A stretch of 39,619 nucleotides of DNA from Promethearchaeota archaeon. GTDB taxonomy: Archaea; Asgardarchaeota; Lokiarchaeia; Sigyniarchaeales; SOKP01. The number at the start of each line of letters is the position of its first letter. Position 1 is the first letter of the stretch. The notes below the pieces were generated by a model, which searched no databases, had not been told where the DNA came from, and was given only the letters and a program-made list of their open reading frames with translations. The stretch covers positions 1 through 39,619 of the forward strand of contig JBHLNS010000033.1 in assembly GCA_048941285.1 (NCBI GenBank), in the 5' to 3' direction. Shown here one piece after another: positions 18,834 to 28,334 of the stretch. A program made the translations under genes and the position numbers.

Positions 18834-19514
18834 TTATTTAAATTTAGTTTTAAACATTTCTAACTCAGATAGGTTATTAATATTAAAAAAAGAAAGTAAA
18901 TGTGGATCTAAAGGCAGGATTGAATTCTCTATTGAGATATGATTGATCCTCCAATCTTTTACTAAAAGTTCCGTTAGTTTGTAGTGATTTCCCATTAACA
19001 TTTCCTTAGATTTTTCAAGAGCTTTCTTAATCGGATATATCGCTATGAGAGGTTCAAATAATCCATTATTCCATAATGGGATACAACAATCATATCCTAT
19101 GGATTCTTTAATCAATAGACTTATTACATTTTTTTGAATTAAAGGAGTGTCACAGGGTAATACTAATGTTTTTTCGTAACCTAATTTATTTAATTCTTTA
19201 AAAGCAGAATATAGCCCAATTATTGGGGTTCTTATGTTACGTTTATCAAGTAGTGAATAGTCATCAATAATAAATGCCATTAGTTGTCCAATATCAATTT
19301 TGCCCAAATAATTGTTAACTTGTTTAATAGAATGAGCTACCAAAAATATATTATATTCAAGTTGTGTTAAGGTTTCAAGTTCATATGATATTAAAGGCTT
19401 ATCAAGAATCTGGAAAAGACCCTTATCACTTCCGAAACGTGTACTCTTTCCGCCTATTAAAATAGTAACTGCTAGATATTTAGATATTATACTTATATCT
19501 GACACTTTTTTCAA
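18834..19514 (-). CDS. mobA: Molybdenum cofactor guanylyltransferase
   Basis: ILIGGKSTRFGSDKG, PIIGLYSA, LPCDTP, EPLIAIY, FFNINN; TTG start. Confidence 0.9.
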   Translation of the reverse strand: MKKVSDISIISKYLAVTILIGGKSTRFGSDKGLFQILDKPLISYELETLTQLEYNIFLVAHSIKQVNNYLGKIDIGQLMAFIIDDYSLLDKRNIRTPIIGLYSAFKELNKLGYEKTLVLPCDTPLIQKNVISLLIKESIGYDCCIPLWNNGLFEPLIAIYPIKKALEKSKEMLMGNHYKLTELLVKDWRINHISIENSILPLDPHLLSFFNINNLSELEMFKTKFK

Positions 19515-19613
19515 ATAAATTGTTAATATTCTATTAAACTAATAATTAAAAATTATATATGATTTAAATTTCTTGAAGATAATAAATTAGTTTCTCTCAT
19601 ATTAACGAAAATT

Positions 19614-21137
19614 ATGTTTCTAAAAAGAAAAAAAATAAAGAAGAGAGAAAAGCCTCGAGAAAATTGTGCTATTTTTGGTGTTACTAGTGATGATCTAGGT
19701 TATTCTGTATCAAAGTTATTATATCAAGGTTTGATTGCTCTGCAGCATCGGGGTCAAGAATCTACAGGGATTTCTATATTGAAAACTGGAGGGAAAATTT
19801 ACACTTATAAAAGGAGCGGATTAGTTACAAAAGTATTAGAAGATAAGATTATTTCGCAATATTGGGGTAATGTAGGGATCGGTCATAATCGTTATGCCAC
19901 TACAGGAGCAGTAGGATATAAATCAACAGATTATATGCAACCCTTTCATTTTAAAAACAATGAAATTGAATTTTCTATGGCTTTTAACGGTACAATAGCG
20001 AATTTTGATGAAATTAAAAAGAAAATGGATAACATGGGACGCGTCTTCATAACTGATACAGACACCGAAGTTATGGCACAATTAATCGGATCACTTGCAT
20101 TAGGGACAGAAGATTGGCCAGAAATTTTAAAGTTAGCAAGTCGATTATTAGATGGGTCTTATTCTCTAATTCTTATGACTGCTGGAGGAGATATTTATGC
20201 TATAAGAGATCCTATGGGATTTAAGCCGCTGTGTATCGGTGAATTGAAATCTGAACAAAGAAATATATATTTTGTCTCATCTGAATCATGTGCGATAGAT
20301 GTTGTTGGAGGAAAACTTTTAAGAGATGTAAAACCGGGAGAAATTGTGCATTTAAGTCATCAAAAAGATATTCATTCAGAACTAGAAATTAAATCACATA
20401 AAACAGCAATTTGTCAATTTGAATATGTATACTTCGCAAGACCAGATTCAGTTATCGATGGTGTTTCTGTTGCTGAAGCTAGATTGAGGTTAGGAATGCA
20501 TTTGGCTAAAAATGATCCTATTTTAAATAATCCTGAAATTAGAGAAAATGCAATAGTAGTTCCTGTCCCGGATTCAGGACGTAGTGTCGCTGTAGGATAT
20601 GCGAAAGAGGCTAGACTTCCTTATTTGGAGGGTTTAATGAAGAATAGGTATGTACATAGAACTTTTATTATGCCTGGTCAACTAAAGCGCAAAATTGCTG
20701 TAAGAGAAAAATTAAATCCCATAAAAAGTGTGGTTAAAGATAAAGATGTAATTTTATTAGACGATTCTATTGTAAGAGGAACAACAACACAGCAAATTGT
20801 ATCATTATTAAGAGAAAAAGGAGAAGCTAGGCGAGTTCATTTGAGAGTCAGCTGTCCACCTATAGTTAGTCCATGTTATATGGGAATCGATTTTCCTACT
20901 AGAAATGAATTAATTGCTGGGCGATTTCAAAATGTTTATGGTGAAAGGTATTTGGAAGAAATTCAAAGAGAGATCGGATGTGATACTTTATTATATCAAA
21001 CGATTGAAGATCTTACTACAGCTATTGGAAAAAATAAGAATCAATTATGTATGGCTTGTTTAACAGGAAATTATCCATTAAAATCTGTTCAAAAATTAGC
21101 TGAATTAGAAAAATCTATAGTAAAGAGTAGAGCTTAA
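19614..21137 (+). CDS. purF: Amidophosphoribosyltransferase, canonical type (propeptide + Cys1, Fe-S)
   Basis: 17-aa propeptide then ENC|AIFG, LQHRGQES, GHNRYATTG, CQFEYVYFARPDS, PVPDSG, LLDDSIVRGTT, CYMGID, CMAC. Confidence 0.96.
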   Translation: MFLKRKKIKKREKPRENCAIFGVTSDDLGYSVSKLLYQGLIALQHRGQESTGISILKTGGKIYTYKRSGLVTKVLEDKIISQYWGNVGIGHNRYATTGAVGYKSTDYMQPFHFKNNEIEFSMAFNGTIANFDEIKKKMDNMGRVFITDTDTEVMAQLIGSLALGTEDWPEILKLASRLLDGSYSLILMTAGGDIYAIRDPMGFKPLCIGELKSEQRNIYFVSSESCAIDVVGGKLLRDVKPGEIVHLSHQKDIHSELEIKSHKTAICQFEYVYFARPDSVIDGVSVAEARLRLGMHLAKNDPILNNPEIRENAIVVPVPDSGRSVAVGYAKEARLPYLEGLMKNRYVHRTFIMPGQLKRKIAVREKLNPIKSVVKDKDVILLDDSIVRGTTTQQIVSLLREKGEARRVHLRVSCPPIVSPCYMGIDFPTRNELIAGRFQNVYGERYLEEIQREIGCDTLLYQTIEDLTTAIGKNKNQLCMACLTGNYPLKSVQKLAELEKSIVKSRA

Positions 21138-21149
21138 ATGCTTTTCAGT

Positions 21150-22547
21150 TTATTCTACTCCATCCCAACAATATGTACAGATCTTCTCTTTGGGTAATCC
21201 AATAGCTTTAACTAAATCTTCAAGTCTCTGATATTGTAAACTTGTTAATTGTAGCTTTTTTCGAATTACATCAACCATAGCCTTATACTTATCAGATTCT
21301 GGATTAGTATATTCTGCGGGATCTTCAATATTGCTACCAATTAGTTCTTTTATAGCCCATCGCCCAGCTAAATCCAGTTCAGAGCGGGACCTAGAAAAGT
21401 TAAGAAATTTGCAACTATATACAAGTGGAGGGCAAGCAGGCCTCATATGGACTTCCTTAGCTCCATTTTCATATAATCTTTGAATTGTCTTTCGAAGTTG
21501 AGTTCCTCTTACAATAGAATCTTCACAGAAGAGCAATCTTTTATCATTGATAAGTTCTTTAATGGGGATAAGTTTCATCTTGGCCACTTCATCTCTAATA
21601 TTCTGATCTTGAGGCATAAAACTTCGAGGCCAAGTTGGAGAGTATTTTACAAAGGGCCTTGAAAAAGGAATTTTTGCTTTACTTGCATACCCTAAACCAT
21701 GTCCTGTACCAGAATCGGGGATTCCTGCGACGAGATCAATTTCTACTTTATCATTATTTGCCAATGAAGAGCCACATTTATAGCGAACAACCTCTACATT
21801 AATATTTTCATAACTTGATGCAGGATATCCATAATAAACCCATAAAAATCCACAAATTTGCATTCTCTGACTAGGTTTGATTTTTTCTTCGAGACCATTT
21901 TCATTTATATAAATAACTTCTCCAGGTCCAAGGTATTTTTTTATTTTATATCCAAGATTTGGAAAAGCACAAGTTTCCATTGTCACGGCATAAGATCCAG
22001 ATTTTTCACCTATTATAAGAGGTGTTCTTCCAAGTTTATCGCGTGCGGCATAAATACCTTCCGTTGTTAGGATAAGCATAGTACAGGACCCATCAATCAT
22101 ATTTTGAGCTTCTTGAATTCCCTCTTCAAAGGTATTACCTTGGCTTATTATCGTTGCTACTAATTCTGTGGGATTGATTTCACCTCCATGCATCTCTGAA
22201 AAATGGGATCCGTTCTTTAACGCTTCTTTTGCTAGAATCTCTATGTTATTAATTCTTGCTACAGTACAAATAGCAAATACGCCTAAATGAGAGCTAATTA
22301 TTAATGGTTGATCATCATAATCACTAATTACTCCAATACCTTTATTTCCATGCATTTTCTTAATATCTTTTTCAAATTTTGACCTAAATTGAGCTGTTGT
22401 GATATTTTTTATGAATCTTTGAAAACCCCCTGAATTTTTTACGGCTAACCCTCCTCTTCTAGTTCCTAAATGAGAATGATAGTCAGTCCCATAAAAAAGA
22501 TCCTCTAAACAATCAGCATTTGAAATTACTCCAAAAAGACCTCCCAT
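21150..22547 (-). CDS. purF: Amidophosphoribosyltransferase paralogue lacking N-terminal catalytic Cys
   Basis: Starts MGGLFG; DYHSHLGTRRGG, CGFLWVYYGYP, GIPDSG, PRPP loop LFCEDSIVRGTQ, CKFLNFSRS, CTYCWDG. Confidence 0.88.
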   Translation of the reverse strand: MGGLFGVISNADCLEDLFYGTDYHSHLGTRRGGLAVKNSGGFQRFIKNITTAQFRSKFEKDIKKMHGNKGIGVISDYDDQPLIISSHLGVFAICTVARINNIEILAKEALKNGSHFSEMHGGEINPTELVATIISQGNTFEEGIQEAQNMIDGSCTMLILTTEGIYAARDKLGRTPLIIGEKSGSYAVTMETCAFPNLGYKIKKYLGPGEVIYINENGLEEKIKPSQRMQICGFLWVYYGYPASSYENINVEVVRYKCGSSLANNDKVEIDLVAGIPDSGTGHGLGYASKAKIPFSRPFVKYSPTWPRSFMPQDQNIRDEVAKMKLIPIKELINDKRLLFCEDSIVRGTQLRKTIQRLYENGAKEVHMRPACPPLVYSCKFLNFSRSRSELDLAGRWAIKELIGSNIEDPAEYTNPESDKYKAMVDVIRKKLQLTSLQYQRLEDLVKAIGLPKEKICTYCWDGVE

Positions 22548-22658
22548 TATAAATTCACATTATATTTAAACGCAAAAAAACTATTAAATAAGATTATTAA
22601 TCCAATATGATTTGAATAAGCTAAGATGTACTTAAACAAAATAGATAAAAATGTATAA

Positions 22659-23750
22659 TTAATTTTTGATTATGGCTCCAGGTATTTCTTCTCTTTCAAA
22701 TCTTTTCATGATTATTGCGTTGTTTGAGCATGTTACAGCACATAATCCACATCCTACACATTGTTCTGAATCTACATCAGCATATTTATTGATTGTTATT
22801 GCTCCAAATTTACATCTTTCTACACAAGTTCCACAAGCAAGACAATTCTCTATAACTATATAAGAGATGAAATTTGCTTTAGCAATAGCTCTAGGATTAT
22901 CTAATTTAGTTAAACCTCTCAACATTCCACAGCAACATTCACAACAAGCGCATAATATTGTACAATTTTCCGCTCTATTATCAGTACAGTGAACCAATCC
23001 TAATTCTGCTGCTGTTTTAGTAATTTCTATTATCTCATTTTTAGAAGCAGATTTTATTATAGGATCTCCCATTTCTAATACAGCTTTAGCATTAGGACCA
23101 AATAGTATACAATTATGAATAGGATATTTTCCTTTGCATTCTCTTATCCCTTCTATTTCAGCTCTGTTTCTACAAGGGCATGGAATTATTGCAAAATCAT
23201 CCCACTTATCAATAATGCTATAGACTTCTTCAATTGGAATAATTTCTCGACTCGGTTTAACCTGTTCGCTAACAGTAAGTACTCTAAATCTGGGAACTCC
23301 CTTTTTACTATTTTGCCAAATTTTATAATAACCTTCTTCAGTGAAGAATTTTCGACTTAAATATGCAGCCTTCTTAGTTTCATCTTTATGATCATCGTAA
23401 TTTATTTTTAAAATAAATGGTATATCATAAACAAATAAAGGCATCAATTGCGCATAACTTCTACCTAATTTTATGATGAAACCTCTTTTAGCAGGAATCT
23501 CAAGTTTTTTTGTTATTGTATTCTTGTCTAATCTAGTTAATTTAGCAAGTCGAACTATAGAAATTGTTTCTGGAAAAACTGGTAATGGGATAACTAACTC
23601 TGCTACTTCGGGATCATACATTAAACTAAGATATTCTAAGTATGTCTCGGTAGGTTCTCCATTCTCATCCTTAGGAAATGATTGACTTTTTTTTTCTAAT
23701 TTTTTTGCTATTTTAATTAAATCTTCTTTATGTTTATTAGATACAATCAT
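22659..23750 (-). CDS. Cys-rich Fe-S protein with C-terminal 2x[4Fe-4S] ferredoxin
   Basis: N-terminal HTH-like segment, CPCR, GLVHCTDN...LCACCECCCG, then CLACGTCVERC and CVGCGLCAVTC. Confidence 0.85.
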   Translation of the reverse strand: MIVSNKHKEDLIKIAKKLEKKSQSFPKDENGEPTETYLEYLSLMYDPEVAELVIPLPVFPETISIVRLAKLTRLDKNTITKKLEIPAKRGFIIKLGRSYAQLMPLFVYDIPFILKINYDDHKDETKKAAYLSRKFFTEEGYYKIWQNSKKGVPRFRVLTVSEQVKPSREIIPIEEVYSIIDKWDDFAIIPCPCRNRAEIEGIRECKGKYPIHNCILFGPNAKAVLEMGDPIIKSASKNEIIEITKTAAELGLVHCTDNRAENCTILCACCECCCGMLRGLTKLDNPRAIAKANFISYIVIENCLACGTCVERCKFGAITINKYADVDSEQCVGCGLCAVTCSNNAIIMKRFEREEIPGAIIKN

Positions 23751-23797
23751 AATTCTGGAAATATAAAATATTAATTTGTAATTAAATTTTCAACTGA

Positions 23798-26200
23798 TTA
23801 ATTAGTATTAAGATGCTTAAACAAACCTCCAATCAATTGCCCAGTACTTATACCAGCATCTCCAGGAGCAACCAGATTATGCTCTAAGAAAGTAAAACCT
23901 GCTAATTCAATATCTTTTTTAATTGTTTTTGCGAATGAATAATTATACGCGACACCTCCAGTTAAACCTATTTTATTAATTCCATGTGTTTCAGCTATTT
24001 CTTTAGCAACTTCAGCAAACGCCATTGCTAATTCTATTTGAAATTTTGCAGCAATATCTCTTGGATTATTTTTCTTGTTTTTAAATAAATCTATAATATC
24101 CAGTATAAGTTTTGAGCTATTTATTATTGAGATTCCATTATTTTTACTTATATTAATTTTCAATTCGATATTACTAGGATTACCATATGAAGCTAATCCC
24201 TCAAGCTTCATTGCTGGTTCTCCTCTATATGTTTTGATATTACTTATTCCTAAAATATAAGAAACTACATCAAAAATTCTGCCCGTAGAACTTGTAAGTG
24301 AAATATTTTTAAATGGTAATTGATTTTTTGCTTCTCGAAATTGAGAAATGAGGGCTTTTAACTCTGTTTCTTTATATTCTAAATCATTCTGTAGTTTCAG
24401 AGAGTCAAAGAGTATTGACGCTTCTTCAATTCCAAGTTTTTTTAATAATATAGAAGCTAACATTCGAGCTGGATATTTAGTAGAGCGATCCCCCCCTATC
24501 ATTGGTTGATATTCTAAATGACCCAATCGCTTATATTCATTATAACTATTCAATAAGATCTCTCCCCCCCATACATTTCCATCATCACCATAGCCTACAC
24601 CATCTGTACTTATCCCTATGATTTTTTCTTCAGACTTTACTTTATTTTCTGCCATTAATCCTAAAATATGCGCAAAATGATGTTGGATTAGATAAAGGGG
24701 AACTTGCAATTGGGTAGATAATTCCTTTCCAAATTTAGTACTAATGAATTCTGGATGTAGATCACATGCTATAAATCCGATTTCAGAATCATTAATCTGA
24801 AGTAAATTGCTCATATGAAAAAGTGAATTTTTTAAGAATTCATAAGTCTCTAGATGAGTTAGATTCCCAATGTGTTGAGTAGGGAAAATTCTATTAAATC
24901 TTAAGACTGCTCCCGTTGTACTTAATTCTGGGCCTGTAGCAAGAGCTCCTTTAATGTCTACCTTAAATGGTAATGGTAAATATTCCGGAACAAATCCCCT
25001 TGAACGTCTAATTAATTTGATTTTATTATCATGAACTCTTAAAACACTATCATCGGCTCTTTGATATATTTTTCTGTTATGCAAGAGATATGCATCAGCT
25101 AATTCTTTAAGTTGATCAAATATTTTCTGATTTTCTATAGCCATAGGGATATAAGATTTGTTTCCACTAGTGTATATTAAAGGCTTTTCTCCAATAAAAT
25201 CAAATAATAAATAATGGATTCCTGAATATGGGAGCATTACTCCAACATTATTTAATCCAGGTGCTACTTGGTTACAAATTAATGAATAATTAATAGGTTG
25301 TTTTCGTTCTAAAAGTACGATTGGTTTACGAAACGAATTTAAAGTTTTTCTTTCTAAATTTGAGATCTTCAGTTCATTTTCAATTACTTTCAAATTAGGG
25401 ACCATTAGAGCAAATGGTTTATTTTTTCTTCCTCCTTTCCTTGTGCGCATTCTTAATATTATCTCATCCTCCACTAGACTGACTAAATGAGTTCCTCCAA
25501 TACCTTTAATAGCAATAATACCTCCTTCATTGATCATTTTGGCTGCTTTTTGCAAAATTAAAGTTATTGAATTATTATTAATGAGTTTTCCATCTTTATC
25601 ATAAAGAGTATAATACGGACCACATACTGAACAAGCAAAAGTTTGGGCATGAAATCTTCTATTATTAAAATCGGAGTATTCTTGAATACAAGATTTGGGT
25701 TCAGCATGTTGACAAAAAGGAAATTCAACCATAGTACTTCTCTCTCTGTCATATGGAAGTTTTGTAACTGTAGTAAATCTTGGTCCACAAACTGCACATG
25801 CGATAAATGGATATTTATAATATTTTTTATAAGATGGATTGCGCATATCTTTCAGGCAATCTTCGCAAATTGCAATATCTGGTGGAAGCGATTGACTAAT
25901 ACCTCTTGCTTCTTCACTTTTCATTATTTCTAGAATTTTGTATTCTTTATGAGTATCTAAATAAGTAATTTCAACGTGTTCTATAAACGAAATTTCTGGT
26001 TTCTTTATCTTGATATCTTCTATAAAATTTTTAATATTTTGAGAATTACCTTGTAACTTTAATCTAACGCCAGCATTTCCTCTATTTAATATATATCCAT
26101 TGAGATTTAAGGTGCGGGCTAAATTAAATAAGAAAGGTCTAAATCCCACTCCTTGTACGATTCCTGTGATCTCAATTTCTACTGTTTTGTAATCGCTCAA
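23798..26200 (-). CDS. hypF: [NiFe]-hydrogenase maturation carbamoyltransferase HypF
   Basis: GIVQGVGFRPF acylphosphatase domain, two CxxC-x18/21-CxxC Zn fingers, KGIGGTHL, RRSRGFVP, DLHP, QHHFAH, DGVGYG...WGGE, TGGVAYN, PGDAGISTGQ; TTG start. Confidence 0.97.
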   Translation of the reverse strand: MSDYKTVEIEITGIVQGVGFRPFLFNLARTLNLNGYILNRGNAGVRLKLQGNSQNIKNFIEDIKIKKPEISFIEHVEITYLDTHKEYKILEIMKSEEARGISQSLPPDIAICEDCLKDMRNPSYKKYYKYPFIACAVCGPRFTTVTKLPYDRERSTMVEFPFCQHAEPKSCIQEYSDFNNRRFHAQTFACSVCGPYYTLYDKDGKLINNNSITLILQKAAKMINEGGIIAIKGIGGTHLVSLVEDEIILRMRTRKGGRKNKPFALMVPNLKVIENELKISNLERKTLNSFRKPIVLLERKQPINYSLICNQVAPGLNNVGVMLPYSGIHYLLFDFIGEKPLIYTSGNKSYIPMAIENQKIFDQLKELADAYLLHNRKIYQRADDSVLRVHDNKIKLIRRSRGFVPEYLPLPFKVDIKGALATGPELSTTGAVLRFNRIFPTQHIGNLTHLETYEFLKNSLFHMSNLLQINDSEIGFIACDLHPEFISTKFGKELSTQLQVPLYLIQHHFAHILGLMAENKVKSEEKIIGISTDGVGYGDDGNVWGGEILLNSYNEYKRLGHLEYQPMIGGDRSTKYPARMLASILLKKLGIEEASILFDSLKLQNDLEYKETELKALISQFREAKNQLPFKNISLTSSTGRIFDVVSYILGISNIKTYRGEPAMKLEGLASYGNPSNIELKINISKNNGISIINSSKLILDIIDLFKNKKNNPRDIAAKFQIELAMAFAEVAKEIAETHGINKIGLTGGVAYNYSFAKTIKKDIELAGFTFLEHNLVAPGDAGISTGQLIGGLFKHLNTN

Positions 26201-26350
26201 CTAACTATTTCAAGTATTTTACTTTTTTTATAGATCTAAATAATTAAATAATCGTTAAAATTAAAGATTAATATTTTATTATGAAAATGCTTAATAAAAT
26301 AAGATTTTTTTTTAAAATAAAATAAACACTTAAGTTTTTATAACTTCATA

Positions 26351-27223
26351 ATGGCAGTAAAAATAGAGTTATGGGATATTCCTTTTAATAAAGCATTTTT
26401 CAAGACAAGTCATAATTCTTACGAACACTCTATAAGAGAACAACTCAATAAAGGCGTAAGGGGACTTGAGTATGATATACATGATGATAAAATACAAGAA
26501 TTAAACGATTTTGAAGTATACCATTTGCAAAATCATATTGATTGTCTACTTAATGTAGATGGTAATCCCAGCGACCTTCTCCTCTCTAAATGGCTTAAGG
26601 TGTTAGATGATTGGTCTAGTGAGAAAAATAAAGAACATGCTCCAATTACCCTATTTATTGAGTTAAAGAATTCCATTATTGATTCCAACAATGAACCTGA
26701 AGAACTTTACGGAATTAAGAAGTTAAATAATATTATAGTTAGCTCATTTAGACCCAATACTCTCTTTACATTTAAAGATTTTAGAGAAAATGATTTTAAA
26801 TGGCCAACAGTAAGAGAATTAAAAGGACGTATTTTAATTGTGCTTGTAAGTTATTGGGGAGGATATTGGGCCGCTAGTGAAGGGGGGTTTGATTCGAGGT
26901 TAAAATACTTAGAAAATGATCTAAATGGCATAGATGATGTTTGCTTTGTTTCTTGGGTTCAAGAAGATCAAGGTGATAAATCTTCATATCTTAAAAAAGA
27001 AACCCATTTTTGGAAATGTAGTCTTGAATATAGTACCATGCACTTTTCAAAAAATTCTAAAGCCCAAAGATCAACTCGAGCTGATTTTGATAAAATAGTC
27101 TGGGGTATGCATATAGAAACTTATTATAACAAGAGTTATCAAAATGGATATCGTTGTAACTTTCCTGCTACTGACGCTTGGAGAACTGATAAATATAATT
27201 TGTGTTTTCCGTGGTCAATTTAA
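26351..27223 (+). CDS. PI-PLC-like phosphodiesterase (Ca2+-dependent phosphoinositide PLC-like X-box family)
   Basis: KTSHNSY (His1), GVRGLEYDIH (ExD), VYH (His2), HAPITLFIELK, WPTVRELKGRILIVL. No signal peptide seen. Confidence 0.8.
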   Translation: MAVKIELWDIPFNKAFFKTSHNSYEHSIREQLNKGVRGLEYDIHDDKIQELNDFEVYHLQNHIDCLLNVDGNPSDLLLSKWLKVLDDWSSEKNKEHAPITLFIELKNSIIDSNNEPEELYGIKKLNNIIVSSFRPNTLFTFKDFRENDFKWPTVRELKGRILIVLVSYWGGYWAASEGGFDSRLKYLENDLNGIDDVCFVSWVQEDQGDKSSYLKKETHFWKCSLEYSTMHFSKNSKAQRSTRADFDKIVWGMHIETYYNKSYQNGYRCNFPATDAWRTDKYNLCFPWSI

Positions 27224-28323
27224 GAATTTTCTTCGCTATGATATTTGTAATAAATACTACATGTTCCTTCCATAGAAACCATACATGGACCTATAGGATT
27301 AATAGGAGTACATTCTTTTCTAAATAATTTACATTCATAAGGATAGAGTTTACCGACCATTACAAGGTGGCATGAACATCCTGGAGGAATATCTTGAGAT
27401 TTCTGAATTTTAATATCAAATTTTTTATCTGCGTCAAATATTTGATATTTATCTCTTATCATTAAACCTCCATCATAAATTCTTCCGATTCCTCTCCATG
27501 GAGAAGAAACAGGTTCAAAAACATCATTTATAATTTTTTGGGCAATTATATTACCTTCTGGTTTAACAATCCTAGAATATTCATTTAAGGTTTCATATTT
27601 TTTGTCTCTTAATTGTTTTAATAACATCAATATAGAAAGTAGTACATCATTTGGTTCAAAACCAGAAATTACATTTGGAATTTTATAACCTTGAGAAAAG
27701 ATTTCATAGGGTTTTAATCCTATAATCGTTGAAACATGACCAGGAGATATAAACCCGTCAATTTTTAATTGCGATTGGCTCATTAAAAGTTCCAAAGCTG
27801 CTGGTATTAGCTTATGTGCACAAATTACGGAAAAATTAGAGGGGGGGATAGATTGTAATTCATAACCAATTAATGGAGCTGTAGTTTCAAATCCTATAGC
27901 GAAAAAGATAACTTCTTTATCAGGATTTTCTCTTGCAATTTTAACTGCATCATTTGGCCCATATACAATTCTTATATCTGCACCTTTAGCCTTTAATTCA
28001 GCAAGCGAAATATTAGTTGCAGGTACACGTATCATATCTCCAAAAGTTGTTATTATAGTGTCGTGTCGCTTTCCAAGCTCTACTGCTTTATCAATATCTG
28101 CAGCAGGGCATATACAAACTGGACACCCAGGACCAGATAATACTTCAATTTCTTTAGGTAATAGAGTTCTTAATCCATATTTTGAAATAGTATGTTCATG
28201 AGTTCCGCAAACATGCATTAATTTAACTGGTCGAGCTAATTGTTTAACTATTTTATTGATTGTCTTAATAATACTATTTGTAAATTCTCTACTTCTTAAA
28301 ATCTTTATTCCAGGTATATCCAT
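27220..28323 (-). CDS. hypD: Hydrogenase maturation protein HypD
   Basis: MHVCGTHEH, GPGCPVC, GFETTAP, PGHVS, CTPINPIGPCMVSMEGTC. ATG 28323 follows AGGTGA SD; the track start at 28341 is less likely. Confidence 0.97.
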   Translation of the reverse strand: MDIPGIKILRSREFTNSIIKTINKIVKQLARPVKLMHVCGTHEHTISKYGLRTLLPKEIEVLSGPGCPVCICPAADIDKAVELGKRHDTIITTFGDMIRVPATNISLAELKAKGADIRIVYGPNDAVKIARENPDKEVIFFAIGFETTAPLIGYELQSIPPSNFSVICAHKLIPAALELLMSQSQLKIDGFISPGHVSTIIGLKPYEIFSQGYKIPNVISGFEPNDVLLSILMLLKQLRDKKYETLNEYSRIVKPEGNIIAQKIINDVFEPVSSPWRGIGRIYDGGLMIRDKYQIFDADKKFDIKIQKSQDIPPGCSCHLVMVGKLYPYECKLFRKECTPINPIGPCMVSMEGTCSIYYKYHSEENS

Positions 28324-28334
28324 ATTTTCACCTG

